From Phyllosticta citribraziliensis (lineage: Eukaryota), in assembly GCF_038025025.1 (NCBI RefSeq), contig NW_027117338.1:558001-622000 (forward strand): a DNA stretch of 64,000 nucleotides. Reading direction: 5' to 3'. Positions 11,883-24,687 of the stretch are shown in pieces. The notes below the pieces were generated by a model, which was given only the letters and a program-made list of their open reading frames with translations, was not told where the DNA came from and ran no database searches. The stretch's first letter is position 1. Each line of letters begins with the position of its first letter. Made by a program: the position numbers and the translations under genes.

Positions 11883-12817
11883 GGGTAGTTGGAGTTGAGG
11901 GGTTGAGAATGGAGATGAGCTGGTGTGTTAGGGGTGTGGAGTGAAATGGGGATAGGAGGTGTAGTGATTGAGTGGTTGGCGTTTGTACCTAGGACCTCCT
12001 TCTTCTTCCTATTCTTGTCTTGTCCTTTGAGTCTTCAACGGTAATAATACGAGATAAATTGCCTGTACGGCTGTCGTCTTTGGGCATGTGACGCGAGCTG
12101 GGCTTTTCTTTCTCTGCTTGCTCGACCTGTCATCACTCATCAGAAGACAGATCCTTATGATTTCAAGGAGCACAGTGTTGATGGAGTGGTGATCTGTGGC
12201 TTAGACTGGAGTGATACGTCGAGTTACTACAACGAGCATACGTGAGGGAGTAGTCATGGTATGCAAACAGTTTTCAGGAATTCTTCACATTGAATACTTA
12301 GCCACAGCCGCCATCAGCTGCTACATCCGTCTTCCTCTTTTCCCGACTACAACTGACTATAACTGACTGCTCGAGCGATGGTATCTCTACGAAAACGACA
12401 GAGCAAGTACGTGATATGACGTGACACCTATGAAATGGAAGAGAAGAAAAGGGAAATTAACACCTGGATTGCACCGAGGCCGGACGAGACTTGTACGCCG
12501 ATGTTTTTTGAGGTTTGGGGGTTCCGGTGAGATGGAAGAGGCGGAAGGTATGGGAAAGGAAGAGATCTTTTGTTTGTAGTTATTTGGATAATAGGTGAAG
12601 GTGTTTTGTCGATATTATGTGGTGTTTGGCGTCCATGAGTATACGACGGTTGATCCTTTGTGGTCTGGGGAGTTGCTCCAACGCCGCGTCTTCCAGCGTC
12701 GACAGTGAAAGCTAGACGCGCCAGTGTCGAACAAGGCCAGCGAGGTCATCCCCAGTCGACCTGGTGAGTCGTCCAGTAGTCTGACGAGGAAGTGCGCCCG
12801 CCCCCTGCTGCATGTAG

Positions 12818-13177
12818 TCACTCGGCAATGCCGGTGAGCACGGCGCCCACCACGATGGCCGTGATGACGAGCAGCACGGCAACGATGAGGATAGACCAGA
12901 AGACGGGCTCGATGCAGCCGCAGAACCGGACGGCAGAGCGCCTGGCCGGCCTCTCCTGGCCGTCCCGCAGGGTCCGTTCGGCGCGCTCTGAGTCGAAGTG
13001 GTGCCGCTGTTTGTCGTTGCAGTCGTATTCGATGGGCGAGAGCGGCGATGCAAAGTAGGCCGAGTCGGGCCTGGGGACGGGCGTGATAGCGTGGGGCGAC
13101 TCTGGCCGCGCAAAGGGGTTTATCTGCGGTTGTGTTTGGTTGTGTGGGGGGTCGGGTGCGTTGTGAGTCCAGTCCAT
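12818..13177 (-). CDS. Small hypothetical protein with C-terminal transmembrane helix
   Basis: ATG at 13177 (MDWTHNAP...); Pro-rich N-terminus, then FCGCIEPVFWSILIVAVLLVITAIVVGAVL; 3' end uncertain. Confidence 0.5.
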   Translation of the reverse strand: MDWTHNAPDPPHNQTQPQINPFARPESPHAITPVPRPDSAYFASPLSPIEYDCNDKQRHHFDSERAERTLRDGQERPARRSAVRFCGCIEPVFWSILIVAVLLVITAIVVGAVLTGIAE

Positions 13178-14284
13178 TGTGCTCGTCGTGTGTTGACCAT
13201 GCCCGGTCTGGCTGAAGTGCTGGGTTGTAGGTAATAACTGGATACTGGAGTCTCTTCGAGATAGTCGTTTGGAGTAGAAATTACAGGTCTTTTGCGTATG
13301 GCTGGAGAGGATATCGAAAGTTGTGTGGAAATGCAAGGCGGACAGGATGGAGTATTGAGCAAAAGGGTAAACGTTATGATACAAAAGTACTCTCACCAAG
13401 CCGGCCGCGGTTCACTGTTAGTTTTCCGTTGTCGAATACGAGGACATAAACGCGGACTATCACAGACATGGCAGGAGTCGTCTGTAGCTGCTATTTTGGC
13501 GCTCTGAACACAGTTATGCTTCACCAGCGATTAAGAATCGGGCGGCCAGAGTCCAGTGCCGGAATTTCCAGACCATTACAGCCATTGAATGGGCAGTCGT
13601 GGTCGGCACACTGACTTTTGGAGCAAGCCCTGCTGGTTGCTTACTCTGTCGTCCTGCGCACTCGACTTGGAATTGTGAAACAAATGGCCTTCTAGAAATC
13701 TTGAGATGTTCAAGTCCATGGTGATCAGAGCGACAGCTGGTGAGCGCCAAGGCCAGTCGCGAGGCGCCGTCCAATGACTTCCACCTGTGACCGACGGCGA
13801 GGCTAAATAAGGAACTCCATGAGTCCAAGCTCAAAATTTACCTTAAAAGGCAGCGTTCGGAGAGGCGTTAGAGTTGGAGCGACAGGGAGGTCATCGGCTT
13901 GATCTTCTTGATCTTTTTGTGCGACTCGCCGCGCTCAGGTTTAGGATGTGTCCGGGGAGGAAAGAGACGCATGATAAGCTCGTCTTTTGAGCCCCGAGTT
14001 TCACATTGGGCATCCCAATCCATGCCGGCGCGATAGCAGAAAGGTTTGCTGAATGTCGCTTGTTCGTTGGAAGAGACAGATGGATGGCGGAGTGGAGGAC
14101 CACCCTCGGTCTTTCTGATTGCGCACGGACCTTGTGCGAGGACTGCTCGACGCGTCGCGTCTCCTCGTCTGCCCGCGTCAGCTACACACGCGTGAGGCAA
14201 ATCTACGACGCACTCACAAGCCACGAGCCTCGCGGAAACTGCATCTACATCCTCAAGGCGTACCAAAAGACGCAAAAGTACACC

Positions 14285-14734
14285 ATGCCCTCGATTCCGC
14301 TCCACCCCAGACCGGCTCAGGCCAACACAAACGAGAACCCGCTGCCATCGCTGCTCCAAACGCCCTCGGGTCTCGCAATCCTTGAAATCCAAGGCACGAT
14401 CAACGTTCAAGAGGGCGAGACGGCGCCCAGACATGGCCAACAACAGCCCGAGCACACGCCGATTGGAAAGCTAGTCTTCCCGCTCCTCGACCCGCACGCC
14501 GACAGCTCCGACACGGCGTGGACGAAGCGCGTGCATTTGTACGTCGGCCGGCACCAGCGATTGACGGGCGAGGTGAAGAAGCTGCCGAAGCCATTGGCCG
14601 TGATTCGTCGGAGGACGATTGGGGATGATGGCGCTGCTATGGATGTTGATGGCCCGGAAGAGTTGGAAGTGGTGGAAATCATCAGGTACAAGGTCATCTT
14701 TTCCCACAGACCTGAGCCTGTCAGTGGGGACTGA
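14285..14734 (+). CDS. CTF8: Chromosome transmission fidelity protein 8 (Ctf18-RFC subunit)
   Basis: LAILEIQGTI, IGKLVF, LYVGRHQRLTGEVKKLPKPLAVI, EIIRYKVIFSHRPEP motifs. Confidence 0.93.
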   Translation: MPSIPLHPRPAQANTNENPLPSLLQTPSGLAILEIQGTINVQEGETAPRHGQQQPEHTPIGKLVFPLLDPHADSSDTAWTKRVHLYVGRHQRLTGEVKKLPKPLAVIRRRTIGDDGAAMDVDGPEELEVVEIIRYKVIFSHRPEPVSGD

Positions 14735-17425
14735 GACTTATCCAAGCTGCCTGCTGAGGGGAACGCTAGTCTCTGTAGATTGGCGCATTTTGTGCACGAG
14801 CACGCAGAGGCGTGGGGAAACCCCACACTCTTGGACGGACGTGGAAGATAACCTGCCTGTCCGTCCATGCCTGGCATGGCATTCAAGATGCAGAAATACG
14901 CCAGAGGACATTATGCTGCCGCCGCACCTGATAAAAGTTCATCGTGGACGAATCAGAGCCCAAATCAGGGTAGACTGTCAAGAGATAAATTCCTCACGAC
15001 CAATGAACTAGCTCATCATAAGGGCATGAGAGCCAAGGAGAATTCAGGAATATTTATGCGAGCAACAAGAAGAAACTAAACACCAAACGAATCATTGCTC
15101 GCTGCCGCCCTGCCCAACGGCCAGACCAAACGACCAGAGCCGCACCAAGCGCTCCGCGTCACACGCGCTTACATGAACGAAAAAATCAGGAAAATTCGTC
15201 TACCACAAGCCCGACGCTACGCCATCTGAGCTCTGGACCGCAAATCATTCTTCCATAACACAATCATCAGATCCTCACTCCTCCCACCTATCACCTATCA
15301 CATACGCCACGCGTCTACACAACCGCACCTCCCTCCTCGTGCCTCCCCGCCGAGTTTCAAAGGGTACAGACAAATCAATTATGATCTCGTCTCTCGCGTA
15401 GCCTCGAATCTCGAGCGATGTCGGGAGCCCAAGTCAGCCACTCCAGCCCGACTCGGCCGACTCGGCGCAACCCTCCAACCCAACCTCGCGGCGTCCAGCC
15501 CACAGCAGCCCGGTTCGTCGCGAGCTGTGGGAATGGTGAGGATGCTGGCTGGCAGGCAGGCAGGCAGGCAGGTATCTGACGCCCGATGCGGAGTGAGCTC
15601 TGCGAGGGGAATTAGAAGTGACGGGTCTATACCCCTATCGAAAGAAACCGACTATATCTGGAGATTGCCTCTTTTCTCTTTTCCCTTTGTTCCAATCATT
15701 ACAATTCAAATCCCAGCTACCCATGTGTCAGAGGCGCATCATCAAACACACCTCCCCAAAGCACTCAAAACCACCCTGGTGTATTAGCCAGCCCAGACGT
15801 TCAACAGTCCAAACGAAACAATATGCTCCTGTGGCAGAAGAGCAAAGCGTACACGAGGCTGGCCGGCCGGCCGTGGTGATCTGGGACCCAGCCAGGGGAG
15901 GGAGGGAGGGGGCTGAGAGCGGGGAAGCGGAAAGCGGGAGGCGCACGGCGGACGGCGGATCAGGCGCAGCCGCACCCAACCTGGCCCAGCCTCTGCCGTA
16001 CCTGTCCTTGAAGCACAACTATGTGGTACCTGACCTTAGCTAGGTAGTCTACCTTGGTTCGAGGCACCTCGCCGCAGCGTGTGAGCCCACTGCCGCCGCC
16101 GCCGCCGCCGCCGTGGATTAGGGCAGCGTTGGTGCTATTTAGCGCCGGATCCACTTCTACGATAGATGCGTTTGGGGATTGAGAGAGGCCAGTAGCACAC
16201 AGCACAGAAGCAGCCCACCACGAAAGTTTGGCAGTATTTAGCAGTATCAGCAGAACTACCGGCTATTCTTCCACCGACACCGTCCTCTCAATATGCGGCA
16301 AAGCGAAAAGGTACTTAAAAAGCCATGTGCGCGTCAAACAACGAGCAGGGGGTGCGTTAAGGCTCTAAGTCTGTCGGATGAGTTGAGACGCAGCAGCCAG
16401 CCATACTCTAGCCGCAGCCGCAGCGGCGCTCCGGGTCGTCCTTGGGAGGCAGGGGGGTAATCTATTCCACGCGTAGGGGATTAAATGACGAGAAGATGAG
16501 ACGGACACCAGAGCGAAAGAGGCGAGGCGGGGCGAGGCCCAACCAAGGCGACAGACATGGACGAAATACATGCGTTTTTGAGAGAGGGGGCAGAAGCTTG
16601 GATAAGAACATGGAGCGAGAAACAGAAAGGCGAGCGTAGGTCATTCCTCCCTCTTTGCGACATGCCCTGGTTGTGTGTGCGACAATACAGGAGGTCTAGG
16701 TAGGGCGAACCAGAAAAAAAGGGTAGCAGAGGAGGGGGCGTCTGGCTGTGAAACAACCGGGCAGCGGAGATCGACCAGACCAAACAAACGGTCTCCCCCT
16801 CTCTCTCTTCAACCCCCGCCAGCTAGCGTACGTAGTAAGCAAGCAGCGTTCCCGTTTACCACGTTTTCCTGCCCCTTTGCTCCGCAATTTCTTGTGCGCT
16901 TGCAGCAATGTCTCAATTGGGTCCATTCTTCCGCCCTCTCTTCTCCCCGCGCTCCCTGCTTTCGTCGGCCTTCCTTTGCGTCATTCTCCCGTTTCGTCTT
17001 TGCAATATTCCGTAGTCTCAAAAAACAAGGGCAAGAAGCGGGCAAAAAATAAAAATAGAGCAGTACAAGTTTTTCCTTGTGGTGATGGATGTGATGGTGC
17101 AGATTTAAGCCAGTGGTGGCGGCGGGGATCGACATGTTCGCTGCTGCAGCAAAACAAGAGGAAAAAAAGGAAGGAGAGGTAAAGAAGAATCTCGTTCGTG
17201 TGTGATGCATCCAACACGTAACGACATGCCACACCTCGAATAGACGCCCGACGCGGCGTTCGCGTCCATTCTGTCCCTTGAAGTATTTCGGCGAGCTTGA
17301 CAGAGCGAGGCGTGCGTGCTTGAAGTAGCAGCAGTAAACAAAAAAAGTTGAAAAAGGGGGTTCGTGATTTAAAATCGGCCGGCCGTCCAATGCGCATTGA
17401 ATTTTTTGGGGGGGACATGCTCCGA

Positions 17426-18021
17426 CTAGGCCTGGACGCCCTTCTTGCTGGCTGGTCTCTCAAAATTGCCGGTCTTGTCCGCGGCGGCAGACTGACCATT
17501 GGGCTGCGGGGCTTTGCCCTTTGGAGTGGCAGATTCGTCGTCCGGGCCGCCGCGGGCTTGCTTCAGGCGCTCTTCTGCTGCGCGCAGCCGTGCCTCGATG
17601 GCTTCGAGCTCGGCGTTCTTTGTAGCGAGGGTTTGCTGCCTTTTGCGAAGATTGGTGTCAGCCATTGTTGTTCTTGTTGTTGTCCCCTTCTTGCGACTGG
17701 TCTTTGTTGTTTGGTAGCCGTGCCAAGGAAGGTTTAGGAGAAACGTGTACGTTTGGCAGGCATATTGGAGCGGGATGGGATGGGACGGGATGGATACGAA
17801 GAATAGGTGGCCTACTTTTGATCGAGGTTCTTGTCGACATCGTCAAACTTGCCGTTGAGGTTGAAGATGTCGTCGAGAGCGGCAGAGAAGTTCTGGGCCA
17901 CGGTTCTGGGCAGCGATGGTCAGCAACAGCATGGAGGGGGACAGAGGGTCGCATACGATTGAGGGCGGTTCTTGGGCACCCATTCGCGGTCAGGGCTCGA
18001 GCTTGCGCTTTGGTTGTCCAT
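17426..18021 (-). CDS. Small fungal coiled-coil protein of unknown function, 3 exons
   Basis: Splicing with gtatgc and gtaggc donors and gctgac branch sites gives MDNQSASSSPDREWVPKNRPQS|TVAQNFSAALDDIFNLNGKFDDVDKNLDQK|QQTLATKNAELEAIEARLRAAEERLKQ... Confidence 0.8.
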
Positions 18022-19231
18022 GGCGAGATTCGAGGTTGTAAAAGAAAGCGAGAGAGTGGATACCGGCGGGTTGGAAGAGGCGCTCTGGCGGTGGCTCTGG
18101 CCCGTCGGTGGAGGGGATCAGGATCAGGTTCGGGGGAGGTGGAAAGCTTGGGCCTGAGGCGGATGGCTGTAGTAGTATGACGTGCGGCCGAGACGAGACG
18201 AGACGAGCAAGGTATAGGGCAGCAGGCGGGATGGTGTGAGGAACAAGTGAGCGGCTTCAGTAGGCGTTTGTGGTGGGCAGCAAAGGCAGCTTGCGTCGCG
18301 TGGAGGTGATGGGCATAGCAACGCGGGTCGGGGGAGAGCGGGAGTCTTTTTGAGTAGGCGGTGGGAGGGAAAAGGAGGTGAGGTGTTGGGTCATTTCGGC
18401 GAGAGGGCCGATCGACGTTGGTCAGGGTCAGGTTTCGGCCATCAGCTTGACCTGACCACCTGGGCAACGTTGACGTCTGCGCGTCGGTTCGCGATGCTTG
18501 CGGAATCTTGGTTCTGGTGGCTACAGCTACATAGTGTAAGGTCTCTCTGCTGCTGCCGACCAGTCCAGATACGGATGCGCCGTTCCGTACCGTAACACGC
18601 TGACCGAGATTTGATCTCACACTCCAAGTCATGGTATTGGAGGAGCTCTGCGGAACATGCAGCGGCCAAATCAATCATGCAACTCCCCAGAGCGAGCTGT
18701 AGGGCCATGAAGAATTCCCATTCCTGACATCTGTAGGGCTACGAGCAGGTACAGAACCATCAGGCGTCCTCTCGACGTGGTGGTTGGAACCCCTCACCGC
18801 CCCGCGCCCGGGCCCCAGCAACAGCAACAACCACGCGCACGTGACACGCAGGAATCCAATCCACCTGCAATATGTGGGTGCCTGAGGCCAGGGAGCAGCC
18901 CGCCCGGGCGGCGCCGCGTCTCTTCCGTCCACGTCCACGTCCACCCACGCCGTTCCGTCGCAAACGCCATCTACAACCACCGCACACGACTCCATCGCCA
19001 GACACGCCCGTCCGCCCAACCGCCCATCGCCTCCATCGCCAGACCTCGCGCTGAGCGCTGCTCGTCCCTTCTCTCTCCTCCCGCCCGCCTCGCTCCCTCT
19101 CGTCCCTGTCAGCCGCCCTTTCTTCCCTCTTGTGCGCCCTGCCGTCCGACTTACCAGATCATGCTCAGAAGTCCGACACCCTGGCTCCCATCACGAACTA
19201 CTTTTTGCCCCGCTTGCTGCACAACGGGGGA

Positions 19232-22036
19232 ATGAGCAGCCTGGCCTTCAAGTACACGCCGCTTGAGTCGCTTTTGATATTCCAGTCCCTCGCTTGCCTC
19301 GGCGTCGAATCCCACGTCTTTGGCAGAATCTCTGAGCAGCTGCAATCCAACAATCTTGTGAAGGACGACCTCCCCGGATATGACAAGGCTCGCTTCGCTC
19401 CAGATGCCCTGAGGGATTTCTATCTGGCGCTTTTGAAAGAAGAGGTCAAGCACGAGCAAAACAACGTCCATGACGCCGACGCCCCGATCCAAAATGGCGA
19501 CAGCCCAGCCACGAGAAAGCGCAAGGCTCCGAGCCCGACCATGCCCACTGTCGAGGAAGCTGTTAAGCATGCTCACCTGCTCCCGCAACTGATCAACAAA
19601 CTCTATACAAGATATAGGAGCCAAATTGTGGACGAGATTCGCGAGGATGAGCGCATGTATGACAAGCTGAGCAGGGAGCTGGAAGAGATTGTTCGTGGAG
19701 AACGAGATGGACAAGTTATTCGAGATCGAGAAATCAATCGCACAAAGGAGGTCCCGCAAACCACTCCGCCCGTCTCCAATTCGCCTGCTGCTAGCGCAGA
19801 TGTTGTCATGCAGGATGCGCCGGCGCCTGTCAAGCCTACTCCACAACTTTCGCAATCAAGCCCCCCGGGAAGCCAACCTCAATCACCTGCCCTCTCTCAG
19901 TCGAGCCAACCAGCTCAAGAACACCAAAGGCGATCCTCTGCCAAGATTGAAGCTCTCATCAACCCACCATCCAGCGGCCCGCAAAATGGCAGCGCATCCC
20001 CCCGAAAGAAGTCGGCCCCCTCGCCGTTGCAGACGTCATATCCCCCCATCACACAACCTCCACATCACAGGACACCATCCGGATCTTTGCCGCCCAGTGC
20101 GAGACTACCGCCACCTGCGCCTTCACCGAGCTACCACGCGTCTCCCTACGGACCACCCGGACCACCCGGACCGCCTGTTCCCCAAACCACACCTGCGTCT
20201 GCGCCCTCTCCTAGTTCGACACCTCAAACGACTGTGCCTAATACTACAAGGCCTCCTGGAGCTCCAATTCTTCCACCACCCGCAAACATGCAATTTTCAG
20301 CTCCTCCGGTCCCAGTGCCCTCAATTGTAGAAAGTAGTGGCCCCTTTCGACCACCGTCTGGTTCACCTCACCAATATCCGCGTCCTCTTCCCCCCGGACC
20401 TGGCCCTGGACCTCATGGAACACCGCATGGTCCTCGTTCTCCTGCCACTCATCAACCTACTCCACCACAATCTGGGCAGCATGCTCCGCCACAGGGACCT
20501 TTCTATCCCCAATATCCAGCACAGTCGCCTTTTCCTCCACATCCTCATTTGCAGCATCATGCCTACTATCACCATCCTGGACCTAGGCAACCGGGCGGAA
20601 TCATGCTTCCCCCCTTTCAAGTGGCAGCGCAGGATCCAGTCCGGGCGCATCAAAGGCAGATGCAAGAACAGCAGCGTGAGCAACAGGCGGCTAGCCAACA
20701 CACACCACGAACTGCAAAGTCGCCGAGAGCTCCAGTGGCGGCGCCTGCACCTGCGAGACCTCCACCTACGATTCATCATCCGCAGCCCGCACAGCCCACG
20801 TTGCCTCTTCCATCCCCCTCGGCTAGGCCTCCGTTTCCCTCTCATCGGCCCCCGCCTCTTCGCCTCAATACGGCTGTAGGTTCATGGAAAAAGACGCTTC
20901 CGCCACTTGCCAACGGCTCTCCGAAAGAAAATATTGCCCCCGTTAGCCCCATCAGCCCACCGTCTTCGCCGGAACTGCCCCCTGCGACGACGCCTGCTTC
21001 CGCCACCAGGTCGAAGCGCCCAGTGATATCAAAAGAGATGCCAGCTCCTGATGTAGAGACTCCATTGCCTGGACGAACTCGAAAGGGCGGGAAGCGCGGT
21101 GCTAGGGGCGTCAGCGTTGCGTCGTCTACCCTCACTGGATCTGCCCGTGGAAGAACCCGCAGCCAATCAATTGCGTCCCATGCAGAGGAGGCTTCGGCAA
21201 ACGTAAAGCCTGAACCGAGCACGCCCGCCGAGACCATCGAAACCGATGCTCAGTCGACCACAGAAGCGACCCCTACCTCTGGTGGGCGGCGCACGCGGCG
21301 ACGGGCCGGCACGCTACAGTCTGTGGCTGAACAGCCTACAGGTACGGCCAACAACAAACGAAAGCGTGATACACGAGAGGAATCTGAAACCCCTAGGCCC
21401 GGAGTTGCGGACGAAGTGAACATGGCCTCGCCGGCGCCGCCAAACTACGTGACTGCTTCCAGGAAATTCTACGTAGTTGCTCACAGGAACTTCTCTCGCA
21501 TGAGCGCACCGGTGTTGAACGACATTTCCTCTCACAAGCACGCCAGCCTCTTCTCGACCCCTGTCAAGGCCAAGGATGCCGAAGGTTACTATGACATTAT
21601 TCGCCGTCCACAAGACCTCAAGTCTATCCGGGCAGCCATTCAAAACGGGTCGCGGGCCGTTGCGGCAGCTACCGCGTCAACTGCAGATACGCCACTTGGC
21701 AATTCCCCGGGTCAGGGACCCTCGACTCCTACACAATTCCCGTCCTCGAGTACACAGATCACTCTGCCCATTTCAGAGGATCTGGTTCCACCTAAAGGCA
21801 TCGTCAACAGCGCCCAACTTGAAAAGGAGCTGATGCGATTGTTCGCAAACGCAGTCATGTTCAATGTTGGAGACGACCGCGTCGTAAAGGATGCGGTTGA
21901 AATGGCCACAGACGTCGAGGCTAGCGTTGCGAACTGGCGGGCGGCTGAGAGACCAAGCGCCTTGACGGACGGTCCCACTTCTGGTGTTCTTGAAGATGGA
22001 GACGGCGAAGGCGGTGGCAAGAGGAGGAAGTTGTAG
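19232..22036 (+). CDS. Bromodomain-containing protein (BRD8/Bdc1-like)
   Basis: N-terminal YTPLESLLIFQ domain, coiled coil, long Pro-rich linker, split C-terminal bromodomain (HKHASLFSTPV...AEGYYDIIRRPQDLKSIR ... ELMRLFANAVMFN), terminal KRRKL NLS. Confidence 0.85.
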   Translation: MSSLAFKYTPLESLLIFQSLACLGVESHVFGRISEQLQSNNLVKDDLPGYDKARFAPDALRDFYLALLKEEVKHEQNNVHDADAPIQNGDSPATRKRKAPSPTMPTVEEAVKHAHLLPQLINKLYTRYRSQIVDEIREDERMYDKLSRELEEIVRGERDGQVIRDREINRTKEVPQTTPPVSNSPAASADVVMQDAPAPVKPTPQLSQSSPPGSQPQSPALSQSSQPAQEHQRRSSAKIEALINPPSSGPQNGSASPRKKSAPSPLQTSYPPITQPPHHRTPSGSLPPSARLPPPAPSPSYHASPYGPPGPPGPPVPQTTPASAPSPSSTPQTTVPNTTRPPGAPILPPPANMQFSAPPVPVPSIVESSGPFRPPSGSPHQYPRPLPPGPGPGPHGTPHGPRSPATHQPTPPQSGQHAPPQGPFYPQYPAQSPFPPHPHLQHHAYYHHPGPRQPGGIMLPPFQVAAQDPVRAHQRQMQEQQREQQAASQHTPRTAKSPRAPVAAPAPARPPPTIHHPQPAQPTLPLPSPSARPPFPSHRPPPLRLNTAVGSWKKTLPPLANGSPKENIAPVSPISPPSSPELPPATTPASATRSKRPVISKEMPAPDVETPLPGRTRKGGKRGARGVSVASSTLTGSARGRTRSQSIASHAEEASANVKPEPSTPAETIETDAQSTTEATPTSGGRRTRRRAGTLQSVAEQPTGTANNKRKRDTREESETPRPGVADEVNMASPAPPNYVTASRKFYVVAHRNFSRMSAPVLNDISSHKHASLFSTPVKAKDAEGYYDIIRRPQDLKSIRAAIQNGSRAVAAATASTADTPLGNSPGQGPSTPTQFPSSSTQITLPISEDLVPPKGIVNSAQLEKELMRLFANAVMFNVGDDRVVKDAVEMATDVEASVANWRAAERPSALTDGPTSGVLEDGDGEGGGKRRKL

Positions 22037-22304
22037 GGTGGCAAACGATGTCGTCGTATTGGTGAGCAACATGCAAAAGCCACGATACAACAGCATAAAC
22101 TAGTTAACAATTAGGCAACCAGCTCCTGGTCTGTCCGAAATCAAAGCACAAAATGACAAACGATTTGACATGTGTCGGCGCAAACCTGCAAAGTGAAGAA
22201 TCTACATGATGGTGTCTGGGACTAACTGCCTGAATCGTACAACAAACCGCCGACTGCTGCACCTTGTGATCAGATCCACCCAGTCTCAACAAATCAAGAC
22301 CGGA

Positions 22305-22548
22305 GCTCGGACTTTCCGAGGGTGCAATTCCAGGAACGCACGGGCGACTACATCTACCCCGCGAAACGAGAAAGAAAAGACACTCCCCACAAAGCCCAGC
22401 GACATCCGGGGTAAGCATTCGGGGAGCCTTCGCGAGCCATTACCCCGAGGACGACGCACGCACGCAACACCCTGCAAGCCACGACCGGCGAGCGAGCTTC
22501 CCCAGACTCGGGCGTCTTACCCCAGAGTAACTCGGAAAGGAAATCCGG
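22305..22548. promoter_or_regulatory. Cluster of candidate CreA (SYGGRG) and CGG-triplet sites upstream of the sugar transporter
   Basis: ctcggactttccgag palindrome (CGG-N5-CCG), ctccccac, ccggggtaa, ttaccccg, ttaccccag, cggaaaggaaatccg, all 400-650 bp upstream of ATG 22949. Confidence 0.3.
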
Positions 22549-22948
22549 CAGCGAGCCCGTGACGACATCTCAGCAGCGAGCAGTTGACACGCAGTCTTTT
22601 TCTGGAGACCACCAGCCAGCCCTCCTGCTATCGCGGCGGGCATCCGCTGTGCTAAAACGCTTCTGGGAAGGATTGCCCTCGTGCTCGGCGCCTCGCCTGT
22701 GCTCTGGACGACGCGGTTCCTCGGGGGGAATCGCAGCGAGGGGCCACCAGCAGACTAGGGAGGCGACGTGCGTCGTTGCGAATACGTATAAGCAGAAATA
22801 AGTGTTTGCTGGTACGCACAACCTGCTATCGAAGTCTTTGACGCCCGACCTCCTTCCTTCCTCTCTTCAGCTCTTCCTGCTCGTCTTTCTTGTTCAAGTG
22901 TCTGCGATCTCTGTTTACTGAGTTCGAGCAAGCCAGCGAACGAGCATA

Positions 22949-24687
22949 ATGGCCATCTTCAAACGACGCGCTTTGAAGACCGACGACCATGCCGTCACAA
23001 GCAGCGGCCATTTGACTCTGAAGCAGAGTCTGCTACCAAACTTACTCGGTATGTCTTGTCTCGCTCCTGGGAAAGGAGGAGGGAAAGAATCATAAAGGGA
23101 GAGATGTCGAGCAATCACTGACACCACTCGATCTTGTCCCACACAGTTACCATTCTCTTCTTCCTCTGGGGATTTGCTTACGGTCTCCTGGATGTCCTGA
23201 ATTCGCATTTCCAGACTGGCCTCAACATCACGGCGAGCGAGGCTTCTGGGGTAAGGACAATCTCCCCTGGCCCCCCCCTCACCGACCCGAACCATCATCT
23301 CTTCCCACAAAAAACTAACATATGTTTAAAGCTCTCTGCTAGCTACTTTGGCGCTTATTTCGTATGCCCGTTGACTATATCGGGCTGGATTTTGCGTCGT
23401 TATGGATTCCGCGTTACTTTCATGACTGGTGAGTCTTCCTGGAGTGGGACCCAAGTCCTGAAGCTCATACATCTCAGGTCTTGCTGTTCTGGCCGTCGGA
23501 TGTCTTCTCTTCTGGCCGTCTGGCGTAAAGAGATCGTTTGGCGGCTTCTGTGGCTCCATGTTCATCGTCGGAGCCGGCCTATCTACGCTCGAGACTGGCG
23601 CCGACAACTTCCTGGCCATTTGCGGCCCTCCAAGATACTCTGAAATTCGTCTCAACCTGGCGCAAGGTGTTCAAGGCATTGGATCGTTTGCCGCGCCTCT
23701 GCTTGCTTCACGCGTATTTTTCGCGGACGCAAACGACGAGGTAAGCCGCCGTGCCCTATCTGGCACACAAGTCATCCTAATTCCTAGCAGTCGTCTCTCG
23801 ATAACGTCCAGTGGGTTTACCTCGGCGTCGCTGGTTTTGTCGCTCTCCTCATCATTCTGTTCTTCTTCGCTCCTATGCCCGAGGTGACGGACGCGGATAT
23901 GGAGGCGCAGGAGCAGGAAATCGCGGATCACGAACAAAAGCCGTTCTGGAAACAGTACAACTTGTTCTTCGGAGTCTGGGGACAGTTCTGCTACGTCGGA
24001 GCGCAGGTGGCTGTGGCCAACTACTTTATGAGCTTCTGCCAGGAGGCTGGATATTCTTCTGCGACAAGCTCTAACCTCCTTGCTGTTGGTCAGGGAGTGT
24101 ATACTGCGATGCGCTTCATCGGGAGTGGCCTTATGACCATCCGCTTCTTCAAGCCGCGCTACATGCTGACAGCCTTCCTGACTCTCTGTTTCGTCTTTGG
24201 AATTGCGTCCGTCAAGACCACCGGGGCCACTAGCGTCGCCATGCTGATTCTGGTCCTCGCTTTCGAAAGTGTGAGTGCTCACGAGCTGCCCCTTGACGCC
24301 CTCCAACATGTCTTGTGCTTACACGCGCTCTAGATCTGCTTCGCTACCAACTTCACCCTCGGCCTCCGCGGTCTCGGCAGGCACACCAAGCGCGGCGGCA
24401 GCTGTCTTGTCGCAGCCATATCTGGTGGCGCAGCCATCCCGCCCATCTGTGGCGCTGTGGCCACACGCACAGGGAGCTTCCACACGGCGATGGCGGTCCC
24501 GGCGGCCTTTTACGTCGCAGCATTGGTCTTTCCATTCTACGTAAACTTCTTCAACGCAGAAAATGCAGACTCTCACCGTGACTCGAACGTCAACATTCAA
24601 CAGACGGACGAGGACGGGGAGAAGGGGTTGGACAAGGAGTTTGAGTTGGAAGGAAAGGGTCCAGTAGAGAGGGTTGAAAGGGCTTAG
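22949..24687 (+). CDS. MFS transporter, L-fucose permease / glucose-galactose transporter (FucP) family, about 6 exons
   Basis: TILFFLWGFAYGLLDVLNSHFQ, SASYFGAYF, FIVGAGLSTLETGADNF, RLNLAQGVQGIGS, QFCYVGAQVAVA, RGLGRHTKRG motifs separated by short GT..AG introns. Confidence 0.92.

Noticed and set aside
14006..14284. Open frame upstream of the CTF8 start
   Set aside because: ATG 14285 has a strong caccATG context and matches the expected family N-terminus; the extension shows no targeting-like composition
14732..14750. SKL tripeptide shortly after the CTF8 stop (readthrough PTS1)
   Set aside because: SKL is not followed by a stop codon, and the stop lacks the TGA-CTA readthrough context
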